From contig NMRA01000071.1 of the NCBI GenBank assembly GCA_002633005.1, positions 649,264 to 711,910 on the forward strand: DNA of 62,647 nt. The letters run 5' to 3'. The notes below the pieces were generated by a model. It made no database searches and was not told the origin of the DNA. It saw nothing but the letters and a program-made list of their open reading frames with translations. The translations under genes were made by a program, and so were the position numbers. This stretch comes from Phoronis australis (Eukaryota > Animalia > Phoronida). Of this stretch, positions 41,501 through 53,500 are shown piece after piece (position 1 is the first letter of the stretch; each line of letters opens with the position of its first letter).

Positions 41501-44500
41501 TGATAAGGGAACAAGAAATAACGTCACCTGGATGTTGTACTGGTGGCACGCAGCTTATGGTCACCTGAACGAGGGGAGCTTGTATAACCAATCCGGTTAA
41601 GTTTCCTTTCACTGTTGTTAGACTATTTGAAACCACAACTTGTACATCGTAAGTGTCGGCGCGTATGTATTTATGCATTTCCGTAGTTATGCTCGATGAA
41701 CTGGTAACATTAAACTGGTAAGTTCCCGATACAACCGTGCCGTCTCCAAAATCAATGGCGACACTTGCCGTCTCGTGCACCCCATCTACCGAAATTATCA
41801 AAAGTACAGTGCTGTTGGTGCTGGCGTGACCAGGATGAGCTTGTATTCTCAAACCAGTCAGCCGCCTGGTAATGAGCGTCGATGAAGTTTTGGTGACGTC
41901 ACTAACAAGGTTCCAGCATCTGAGTGAGGTTGTTACTATTCTCAAGTTGTTCCCAGGTATGGTGAAGTTTTCCCGATGTTGGACACCTTGACGGAAAGAG
42001 CTTAAATAGCGTCTGGTGGGACTGAAACCGTGGAAAAACCATTCGCAATAGATGTCGCTAGGGGGAATAACTTGATCACTCCACACGTCACATAAGATTA
42101 TACCTCCTGGAGATATGACATTTTCCGAACACTGAAATTTGAGGTCTCTGATTGGTTCTTGAATTACGACGCCGGACACTGTCGCGTTCTGTCGGGACAA
42201 TACGTTGATCGCACTGGCCGAAATATTGTACTCGCCTGGACTTGTGTACACGTGTTGACTATCTGCATGAAACAAAAATGTACTGGTCGCGTTGGTTTCA
42301 CTTGTTGACCCGTCGTTGAAATCTATGACAAGCTTTGAACCTTGCCCACCTTTGAATTTTACTGTTACGTTAACCGGGCATGACGTAGCCGACGTCATCG
42401 GCTGTACGTCTACCTCAAGGTCAGTTATCTGGGGGAAAACATGAACACTGTATTTGTACATCAATGACCTGCTGACGAGATTTGAACAGTTTAGCGTCAC
42501 ACCCATTATTCCAATGTGTTTCATGCGTGTATAGAAACGCATAGTATGTCCATCTGAGGTCAGAAGCTTAAAATACTCTTCAAAACGTCCTCCAGTAGAG
42601 AGGTTCAATAGGCAATATACGTGATTAGGAAATGGTGCGCGTGCTGCCTTGATATTACACTCTACGTCACCGACGCCTGCCAGGACTGCGTCAGTGCATT
42701 CAAATTCAAGGTCTTCAATTGGCTCCTGTATAACAATTAACTTAGTCAGGTGATATTCTTCTTTGGAAATGGAATTCTCCGCTAAAACGAGCACACTGAA
42801 GTTACCCGTGTGATTAAAAATGTGAGAAAAGGCAAACGTGGGGTTTTTAATCAAGCCATTCGAAAGCTGTCCTGTGCTTTGGAAGCCATCTCCAAGTGTG
42901 ATGGTGAAGATAACATTTGTACCTGTCTCGACCTGCGCTGTGAAAGCCAACTCATCGCCTCGTCTGGCCGTTAATGCTGAAGGCCGTAACTGTAGACCTT
43001 TTATGACCTCCTCCAAAATTACGTCAACATCGAACACCTGTTCGCTGACTTGGTTGAAAACGGTCACGTGGACTTGAAACGCACCGACATCTTCCTTATC
43101 AAAGAATACCGTGTGTTCTAAAACTCCTCTGCTTGTAATGGACTCTGCAAAAATCGTTTCTTTTCGTCCACGGGGAAACAACCAGGTGATGGAAGCGCCG
43201 TCTGGTGTCGAATTGAAGTTTCCCGTGTAATTTACACGGAATACCGCCCGACCATCGGGGTAACTGATAGGATTTGAAATAACTACTTGACAGTCCTTTA
43301 CTGGATTTTGGATGTGAACAATTTTTTCACAAACCTTATGGTCCAAACTATTCCTGGCCGTGAGCGTAACTGTGTATTTGCCACTTCGGAGGTATCTATG
43401 TGAAAACGTGACCTGTTCCTTGCTGCATGACATAGACGACAAGGACATCCAGTCTGCCTCACCATCGCCATAACTGATGTAATATGTAACGTGACTGCCA
43501 CGTGTACAACTTGCCTGGAATACAGCCGTGTCAGCAGTGACGAAGTAAGCCGACGGGCTGGTTATTGCTAAACCGTCTATCGGTTGAATCAGCGTCATTA
43601 CTGACCAAGCAGAAGCGGTTCGAGATAATTTGTTTTCGCACCATGTTGATACATTTATTGGTCCGACACTGTTTACGTTATACGTGTGGTTCACATGCAT
43701 GGTGTATTTCGTCGTCGGTGTGAACGTATTCACAAGCACTTCACCGTCATCGACAATAGTTTTACAAGTTAGGTCAAAGAGAATGTTCAGGTCCACTATT
43801 ACGTTACTAAGTTTTATGCCGATAGTAGCTGTACATGGCAAATTCAGACACTTAGAGGCTTCAAGGCTAATGTTCACACCGACACGTGACAAATCCACAA
43901 GGATTCTAAGTCTGTTCTTGCTGTAGACTTTCTCGACACCCTCAGACATCGTCATTATCAGTTGCGGTAGATAAACACCCGGGTGAGGAATTTGCACGTC
44001 ATCAAAATTTGTATTAAGTTCCGCACCTGAAAAGTGATTTGCATTGTCAAGCGGTTCTGTGATGTTCCAAGAATAGTTACCAACGTGGACAGCCAGCCTT
44101 AGATCAGAAATTGGAAGATAGGCGAGGGAACCGATCTTTATGTTCAGTTCGACGGGTTTGTCTTGCAGGACAGGCGTCAGTGGAATGCTGAGTTGCAGTC
44201 TGTGCCCTTTTCCTATTGGAAGATAGCAAGACAGTTCAAGTCGCTTTGACTTTCGTAAAACAGAGAGAAAAATGACACTGGCCTGCATATTTCACCAAAC
44301 CCTAGTTCTTACACACCTGCTATAGCGTAATTATTACATGTTCAGGTACCTCCTCTTGAGTGTTAAAATCAACGATCTTTTAAAACACTTCATTGGTCAC
44401 AAATTATGTTATTATTTGGTTCCATGTGATCGGAGAACCCCCCCTTCGTTGCTGCCGCCATCCTCTTGTTTAACAGTACATACATTTAAGCGGGCTAATG

Positions 44501-47500
44501 CACTGAAATAAATATGAGCTTTTGAACTTCTTGTAGACATCACAGGGTTTATGAAGGCAATGGATCATTGTTCACAATCTAGTTCTGGTTGATATCTGTC
44601 AATTAGCCGAAATCTATGTTGAACAATAGGTAAAGTAATTTTCAAAACAATCTGGCGCCCACAATCGCGACTAACTTTTCATTTTTGTATTAGAATCCGT
44701 TTCAGTTCTGCCTAAATCCTGTGCTCCATGTCAAAACGCTGCTTTACTGGAACAAACTGACTGATTATACTATTGTGATGGTTATCTGAACATTGTAACA
44801 ATGAACACCAAGTTCACGGGAAACCGGCAATTCATTTTGAGAAGTCCAAATACCCGAATTCAGGACGCTAAGCTTCAAGTGATGCAGTTTTGAACTTTAC
44901 AGCAACTGAACATTCGAAAACAATCTGTAATTTGTACAATTTAATTTTAAAATTGTGTGTATTTCCTATATGTTAGTCAGCTTTTCTTCCATGATTAGGC
45001 CCGTGTTCTATTTAAGGGCATACACGATTGTTTCCCCATCAGACCGGGATTCACATTTCATACATAAGCCTCACAAAGGGGACATCCTTTTCATTAATTG
45101 CACTATAGTCCTATACATGTAGCCCAGCCGCAACACTTATGTAATACTCACGTGACTTGCAAAGAATTGTTTTGGCTTCCGATTCTTTCAACAAAGTCCA
45201 GTACGTGGAGTTATCAGCATTTATGTAAGCGGCCATTTTATTTTCCTTAAATTCTTGAGCCGTTACCATCCCCGCCAAAGGATCAGTGTACATGTTTGTA
45301 ATTCCATCGATCCAACTCCACCCCAAAGGTGTCGCGTTTAAACCTATCATGACGTCATGTCCGCCCTGATTTACACGAAGTCTAATGGAGAAAAATGAGG
45401 TAAATGTAGGTGTTTGAAACGCAATGACCACATTTTGATTGATAGTTAAGTGAGCAGATGGTGCAACAAAACAAATTTAAGAAAGTAACTTGATGCCGTG
45501 ATATAGATACTTTGTAGCCTAACGCATTGTCTTCAAAACATTCCTTTGTCCCGTAGGGTATCAGCTCTACCTATTTAAATTTGAAACTGCTCAACTATCT
45601 GAGAATGGCCTTGAAAACCACAGAAACCCGAAGTGGTGAGTTTGACTCATCAGTCTCTTCTCATATTTTTTAATAAAAGTTCGTGAATTGTAGACAAACT
45701 CCAACAGAAATTGCACTATTCTGCGTAGATAATTTATGAATCTGAGTTGATGACAGTACCAAGTGGTGACTAGATGTTGCGATCGATTCTTTGACCATTC
45801 TAAAGATTGATCTTAGAGCGCTCTTGCTGACCACTCAATGCTGTCGATGATCTCTGATCTGTGGGCTCTAGAGGCTCTGTACCAAGCGGTAATAGCTTAA
45901 AAACCCTGTTTATTACGGGAAGGAATTACTCCGTTCATCCACTTGGAATTTTTACATCCCTCTCAAACCATGTGCTTTCTTCATCCTAAAGTATCACGTT
46001 ATTGTTGTTCAAATTGTGTCCACTAATCTCTAAGGCTGCTGAACTGCCTCCACTAGAGCAGAAAGACTTGTGTTGATACATGCGTTTGGAGATTGGTTGT
46101 TTCGTCTCTTCAAGATATGCACGATCGCAGTTTTCACCCTCACAGTGAATACAGTACACTATACCACTTTTACGTGGAATCTCAACTTTCTCCTTTGTGT
46201 GGATTTGTTGACTTCTCAGAGTACTAATGGAATTGTGCGTGTATGAACACAGATATTTCAAGTGTAGGAGAGATAAGTCAGTAGTCTGCGCATTTCAAAA
46301 CTAGTTGACGCAATACTGACATCAATACTCGGATGATTTTGGATAAAAAAGCAGGTGGTTTCAGGGGTGGGTGGGAGGGGGGGTAAAAAGAGGCCGCCTG
46401 GATGGACAAAGCCTTAACAGGCTGGTTGACGGTAGGTTTAAGCTGTTGAGAATGAGACTCAACGTGGAGTCGTCACGTGGTAATATTGCAGTCTAGAAGA
46501 GAAGGTTAATAAATTATCATCTATCGCTATCAGCTGCATAAATCATAATACCCCTATCTATATTTTATTGTGTGTATGTTCAACTTTCTTTACTTAGAGA
46601 TAACCACAGGAGCAGTGACTTATTGACAGCAATCGTCATTAAAACGCACATGTAAGATAAAACCGCCGCCTGTTCATGACTTGAAACAATGCTGGCCAAC
46701 CGCGCCTCAACGTCACTGGCCATAGTACGACACGTCCGGTCAGCCTCCATGAGTGACATGTTAGCATGTCTCTTTACTTCGTGTAGCCGGTAACAGAAGC
46801 CACGTGAAGACTTGTTGTCAAGTAAATGCCATCCTTCACCACACCCATCTCGATCTATGAGAAAGTGTGAATATAAATTCTTGAGTAAAAAAGAATTTGA
46901 ATTCCCAAACCAAGTAAATGTTTTCCATTTTAATTAAGTAAAAGTGTATATTTTCTGAAACCAGGAACGGTTGTAGAACTTCATGTTTGACTTTGTATCA
47001 ATCTATTGATTGGATCACGTGATTATGTCTTTTGATGGGAATTAACAAAAAAGAAAGGTACATCTACATCTATACCAAGAGTCCGGTATCAATGACATGG
47101 CCATGTTTCAGTTCACATAAATGTTTCGAGATGAATCCCCGAGAACTTTGCTTCAAATTCTAAAATTTGCATGGTTTTCGTTTTATGCAACAAAAATCTT
47201 GCATTTTCATAGATGTCATGTAAAAATGGAACATTATAAAATAATTCGTAATTGTTTTGAAGAATAGTATGTAAACCATGATATCTGAAAGTTTCATATG
47301 AATCCGATCATACTGTTCTGAGACATGATGTTCCAAAGACTTCCAAATATAATCATTTTTGAGGGTTTCACATACTCTTAAGATGGCATTGTGATTCGAA
47401 ATATCAGCTTACTCACATCTCACCAAGACACATGTCCAGTCATCGATTGACTGAACGAGGCCGAGACAATGACATGTTGCAGTCTGACTTGTTGGTGATT

Positions 47501-50500
47501 CCCGTGAAAAAAGTTGTTTTCAAACAGTCCCTATACTTTCAATAAGCCAACATTAAACGTGTGTGGAACCTTGGACGACATTTCGAAACAGACATGAGTA
47601 GGCTAATGCGTCCAACAAAGTAGACGCTAGGTAGTACTCACTAATGCGGTCAGCGTAGGTGGTACAAAACACGTCGTATTCATATCTACACGAGTCAGAA
47701 GTAGGGACATCCCATGAAAGCACTCCCGACGTCTTGCACGATGGTGTGACCTTTTGCACCACAGCGTACGTATAGCAACCTCCCTCTTTGTTCACCCAGC
47801 CTGGTCCACAATAGCCGAAGCCTAAAATACAGTTCTTACAGTATCAAGCATAGTGAGAAGCATGGATTGTTTAGGGTATAGGATTATGACAGCAACTTAA
47901 TCCAGTTCCAGCCTTGATTAACATATGTTTGAGTTCAAATCATCGTTTTAAAGTATTTTGTTTTACATTGTCAGAGCTAATCAAGCTTGTGACAGGTGGT
48001 GGAGATATAGTATCAGAAACCTTCATTGGTGTGGTGGTCTCTGCGGTGTAGGGTTAACGGGGTCATGTACATCCGACAGGCTTTATGGTGTAATGGTTAC
48101 AGTCACGTCCGTAAGACAGTGTCCATGGTTAAAGGCGAAGGCAACCTTTTTATGTCACTTTTAGCAAAAATAAGGTGTAGACGACGAGTAATTGATTAAA
48201 TTACAAAAAGCTGTAAATAAGTGAAAAATATGTCTGGGATAATCAACGAACCCTATTTTTGCTAAAAATGACATGAAAAAAGGTTGCTTTTGCCTTTAAG
48301 TTTTTAAGGTGTGCTTCCGTCCGACAACCTCTACGGTGTCGTGATTAAGATATACGTCCCTCAGACAATGGGACTCTTTAGTGCCGTGATTACGGTACAT
48401 GTCCGTCAGACAGCGTCTTTGATGTCGTGATTAAGATATACGTCCCTCAGACAATGGGACTCTTTAGTGCCGTGATTACGGTACATGTCCGTCAGACAGC
48501 GTCTTTGATGTCGTGGTTAAGATGTACGTCTGTCAGACAGACTATGTAGTGTAGTAGTTAAGGTATACGTCTGTCAGACTGTGAGCATCTGTGGTATCGT
48601 TGTTAAGATATATGTCCGTGAGGCAATCTCTGTAGTGAAGTGGTTATTGATACGTCCATCACACAGTGTCAGTGGTGAAGTTAAAGGTACATTTTGCTCT
48701 GTTTAGCTGGCTAAAACCCGAAAATTGAATTAGGGGTATTACGCAGACAAAATCGGTCATATAGTATTCCTTACGGCGATAGGATTCTATTTCCGTTACC
48801 AACAAGAACACTTAAAACATTACTTGCTCAAGAAAACGCTTCTAAGTTGGCCAACCCTAAAATGCCAATTGTCAAAATCGGTGCATGTGCGCAATGCCGG
48901 TGACTTTGGTTGTCCGCTCAAAGTGTCGCAATTCAACATGGGATCAGCGTGAAAATTTATACCAAAAAATGCTTTAGTTAAGAATTATACATTGACAACC
49001 AGAACAGAATAGAGGGGCTCTGGACGGTTTTAATTTATTTTCAATTTTCATATTTCTATTTCGCTTTTTCCTACCACAAATGTGGGTCTCACCGACTTAG
49101 TCTTTTCGCGACACTTGGCCAAACAAAATTACTCTGGAAAACGTTAGATTTCATACGTGGGTAACTGAAAAGCCTTCTGTAATTGAATTAATAATTGAAA
49201 TTCATTCGCAAACGAATTAAAACTCCGCACGATATTAATTGTAACTTTCAAGATCTTTAATTGTACTCCTTGTAGTGCCAATTTTCTTACCTAGGCGTAA
49301 GTGAATGAGTTCTTTAAGAATTGTGTTTACCTCGAAGTGAAGCTTTTTGACCTTTGCATAAAAGTTGAAAAGTTATTCATTATGATGCGCAGCGTGTTTT
49401 CCCTGGTGTAAGAGCAAATCTGTGATCGTCAACTTCACTTTTGACCTATTTTAGCTCAAACAGCGTCATATAACTACGCCCAAACTGACCTTCTCAAAAG
49501 CGCACCAATTTCACTGAAGATCATTATTACTTCACAACATTTCACTTGATGGTGATTATGCTACACCGTTGCGTTTGTGAAAGGAGTTTTGTTGACAGAA
49601 ATAATCTAAGAGAAGAAGTTTGTTCTTGAGTAAATTGCCGTTTGATAGAAGTCACCACTAGTAACACGTCCTTGTGAAATTTGATGTCGCGTGCTATTTA
49701 TTAATTGCCAAACCACAAAGACTCCACGCAAAACCAAAATTTTTTTTCAAAGCTTTAATAACTTGGGGCTGGACATAAAATGTCATGTACAAAATTTGTA
49801 AGCGAGTTAATGTTGTGTTTCTCATGTGCTTCGGACGTAACGTGGAAGTCAACGATTAGAGTTTGCATGTCTATATATGATGGAGACAATCAGTGAACGG
49901 TCCTATAGTCTGCTTTCTGGGCATCGGCTGTTTTACAGATTACGATAGAAGTGAAACCAAGAAATAACAAACATAGTCGAAGTCTTAAACAAAATTATAC
50001 TCTATCAATAAGCATCGGGCTTCCTATTCGCATTTACCTTGCTTGTGTGCTGACACGAGGTCGTCGTAGTTCGCCCAACGAGCACCAGGTGCAAACTTGG
50101 CGCATCTTGCTTGAGTTTCCTTATGCTTAGTGTGCTTTCGCACAAGCGCGAGCTCCACTTGAATGAAAAAAAATTGGATGCAGTCGAGTACAGAAAGTAA
50201 GAAACCTCTTGACAAGACAAATTATTTTTTGAGTATTAGCAAACCTTATTAATTTAAAATTCAATTTGTTAGTAAAAAGTGTTTGTTAATGCGAATGTTG
50301 TCATCACAACAAATTTTGTCAAATGCTTTGTTTCTCTTTTGCTTTGAGATTACCGCTCTCTAGCGGACATGTAGGCAGCCACTGTTCCGGTAAACTTCAT
50401 AGACGTATCTCTATGGTCAGTAGTGTTTCCCGATATATGGGACGATATAGGGTGGAATATAAACACGAAATAATTGTTACCGTTTGAACAGAAACAATTT

Positions 50501-53500
50501 CGTAACTTAGAAAACTGTAACTTGGGAGTTCGAGTTGATTTTTTGGGACTTGTGTATTTTAGGGGATTCCTAGCCAACTAGTGCCTGGGGGGGCTTTACA
50601 CAAAACACACTGTCGGACGAGAAAGGCTCAGGCGTCATAGCGGGAAGCTTGTGACCAAACGGGGTAGCTTAGTCAATTTCGTCTTCGAACGTTATGCATG
50701 CAACCGGCACAAATGGTCGATAAACAAAAAGACATATTTTTTGTTTGTTTTTGCATTCCACCATATATATCGGGTTACAGTTGTGTTTCCCACCGATGTC
50801 AAGGCGGCCACGTGACAGCTTTTTCACTTAGTACCTTCTACTTACTACGTCACTGTCATTGCCATTCGTTTGATAAAAACCTTGAGAATAAAACTTCCCT
50901 ATAGGCTTGTCGTTTTTAGGACTCACCCGTAGGGCAACTTTCCAATGAACATTGTGATTGATGTCCATAAGGACTTGCGAGATCCACCAATGCGTAGTAC
51001 GCAGTGAACAGTAAGTCCGTGATCCATCAAGCATAATCACACGGGACTTCAACACAAATATCCGTGAATAAGTCATGACTTGTATGTTAACCTTTAAACA
51101 GTTGACTAGCTTACTTACCCGTAGGCACACAATCGATTGCAATCACTTGACACGTCTCATTGATTTCGGTGACTCGACATTCGTTAATTCTGCTTTCGCT
51201 GCCTTTGCACCATACGTCACCCCATCTTACTGGTGTTGCTGACATCTCCGTAAATAGATGTTTTACCACGTGACTACTGTAGCCCAGTTTAGAACAAATG
51301 AACTGTAAAGAGGCATAAGTATCTTAAGGTATTCATTGCAGACGTAACAACTGCGTCAAAGTCTCCGAAGATACACATACATTTACTGAATCTATTTATA
51401 GACGCGTCCACAGTTCCCATGACAACACAGAAAGTGATGCTTTTACGAGTCTGTGACTCTTCTTTGTCGTTTGCATTCCATAAACGCAGTCAATGATGTT
51501 CAAAGGTTTTCTTGGTTAAATTTATTTGACCAGGTTTTACAAAATTAATCACGTCCATCCCATTACAAAATGAGATTCACTCCCACAGGAGATTTGATAG
51601 ATTATGTTCTTCTTTTCCTCGATCTGTCTTTGGTTTAATTTTGGTCAGTTGTCTAGCGAGCGTGTGTGAGCTACGGTATACCCATCCTTTTGAACTCCTT
51701 GCAAATGTATCTTAGGTTTCAGGTATGTATGGTAGGTACACAGTTTGTCGTGTCTGTTCCTTTTCAACCTTCTCCATTCGTTGTGATGTTGTTGCTGATT
51801 CGGTATATCTAGGTAAGTCTTGATAAGGGCAACCAATGTTGCATATGATCGGTCAAACATTGCCATGTCTGGTTTTTGTATCTTAGGTCAGCAGCGACAT
51901 ACATTTGTGGGGCGTTTGCGTTGTTCGGATTGAGGTCTCGGCAGTTTTCATTGGTCCTTTGACCTTTCTTTCTGCTATTCTGGTCTTAACTGACTCTGTT
52001 TCCCAATAGCGTCCACTGTATACTAGACTTGTCATATTTGTGTTGCCATCTTTACCCAGTGCTGCACTTGGATTGCATTCATCGTCTTACCAAATGATTG
52101 TCTTCTCGTCTCTAGATAGTGTCAAGTCTTCAATTCCGGTTCAGGCCAAGTCTTGGCATCTTGGCCTAAGGTAGTGTTAGACTGCACGTGACACGTGCTG
52201 TGCCCCTATGAGCTGCCTTGTTGTTTTTGGTAGAAGCTGCTTCAATCCTAGCTAAAGTTTTTTTGGTCGGGTGGCGAAATTTTGACCTTTAGACAAAAGA
52301 CCATGTTGGACAATTGTAAGTTTGCTGTCTTATTTGATTATGTTCACTCCTTGAACGTGAGTGTTCTTGGATGTTGCAGTGCTTCTTTCAGCTTCTGGAA
52401 TTGCAACCTGTGACGTAGTTTGGTCTGTCTGTTGTAGTTTTCACGTGAGTGGTATACCGCTGTTTCCAGTCAGTGTTACATGTATATTGCTCGGCTCTGA
52501 GACTGGTGTTTCTGGTTTGTGATGTGCTTGACCTTCTCAGCAGTAATCCATTTTTTGAAGTCTTGGGGGGTCAAGTTTGTGAGGCACGTGTGGATACGCC
52601 TTGCTTTTTAGCTTGACTGAGAAATGTTGTTTTCAATGCATCTAGGAACAACATTGTTTTCTCGACATTGCATGAGGAATGTTAGATATTCTGCTCCATA
52701 CTACGTTTTAACTGCCTTCTCTCGCCACTCTATGCCAATGTCATCCATTAACTTCAAGGGAAATTTACTGTAGTTTGTCGTCTCATTTCTTAGGAGAGGT
52801 AACTTCTACTCGCTACGCTGACTAAAACCATTTTCATATACCTCACTTCATTTGCATAGTTTCCATGGTGTCTTTTTATCCAGTCTGTTTCACTGTCGAG
52901 TACGCGGATGTTATCCCACAGGATTGCATGTTATTTGGACCACGTACATGTAACCTCTGCTACCTGCTTGTGATAATCCACTGCTTTACGGCAGTTGTCT
53001 TTACGTTAATTGCGCACGAACATTTAATTGAATATCAGAGTTAAAGCATTTTGAGAACATAGATCCACAAATTGGTGAATGTTAATAACATAGACCTGTC
53101 TTGAAAATTAACGACCAACGTTTCTTACCTTAACTGTCTCGTACGACGATATATTGCATGCAGCGCCCCATGTGTTAGCGTCGTACACTTCTAATCGTCC
53201 GTACGATCCAAATTCCCCACCATACTCGAGGCGAACATTAACTATTAACACAATACCATTATATAGTCAACTAAGGTGGCTCAGGAAATGCATATACTGA
53301 AAGCACAGCAATGCACTGCAGTATCCGGCCATTGTCACAAAAAGTTTAGCTGGATAACAACAGTGACGTCACGCCATTGCAAATTCAGTTGTCATTATTG
53401 AATGAAACTTTGGCGCCATACAACTACTTAACTTATATTGGCTAAAAATTGTTTGTTTTATGTAACCTACAGTGATACAATTATTAACAATACATTCTCT

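Noticed and set aside
39502-43926. Plus-strand ORFs overlapping exon 10 (and those overlapping the TLR)
   Set aside because: Short antisense shadows of real coding sequence with no recognisable motifs.
38292-44288. 1998-aa ORF as a stand-alone gene
   Set aside because: No signal peptide or TM segment; its stop lies in a gtaagt donor and the phases match the flanking exons.
45640-45660. CTGATGA on the - strand downstream of the Penelope remnant as a hammerhead
   Set aside because: No stem II followed by GAAA at the required spacing.
52842-52963. ILWDNIRVLDSE segment as the second SRCR exon
   Set aside because: It has an in-frame TAA and fits a Penelope GIY-YIG C-terminus better. The true SRCR exon is 51119-51302.
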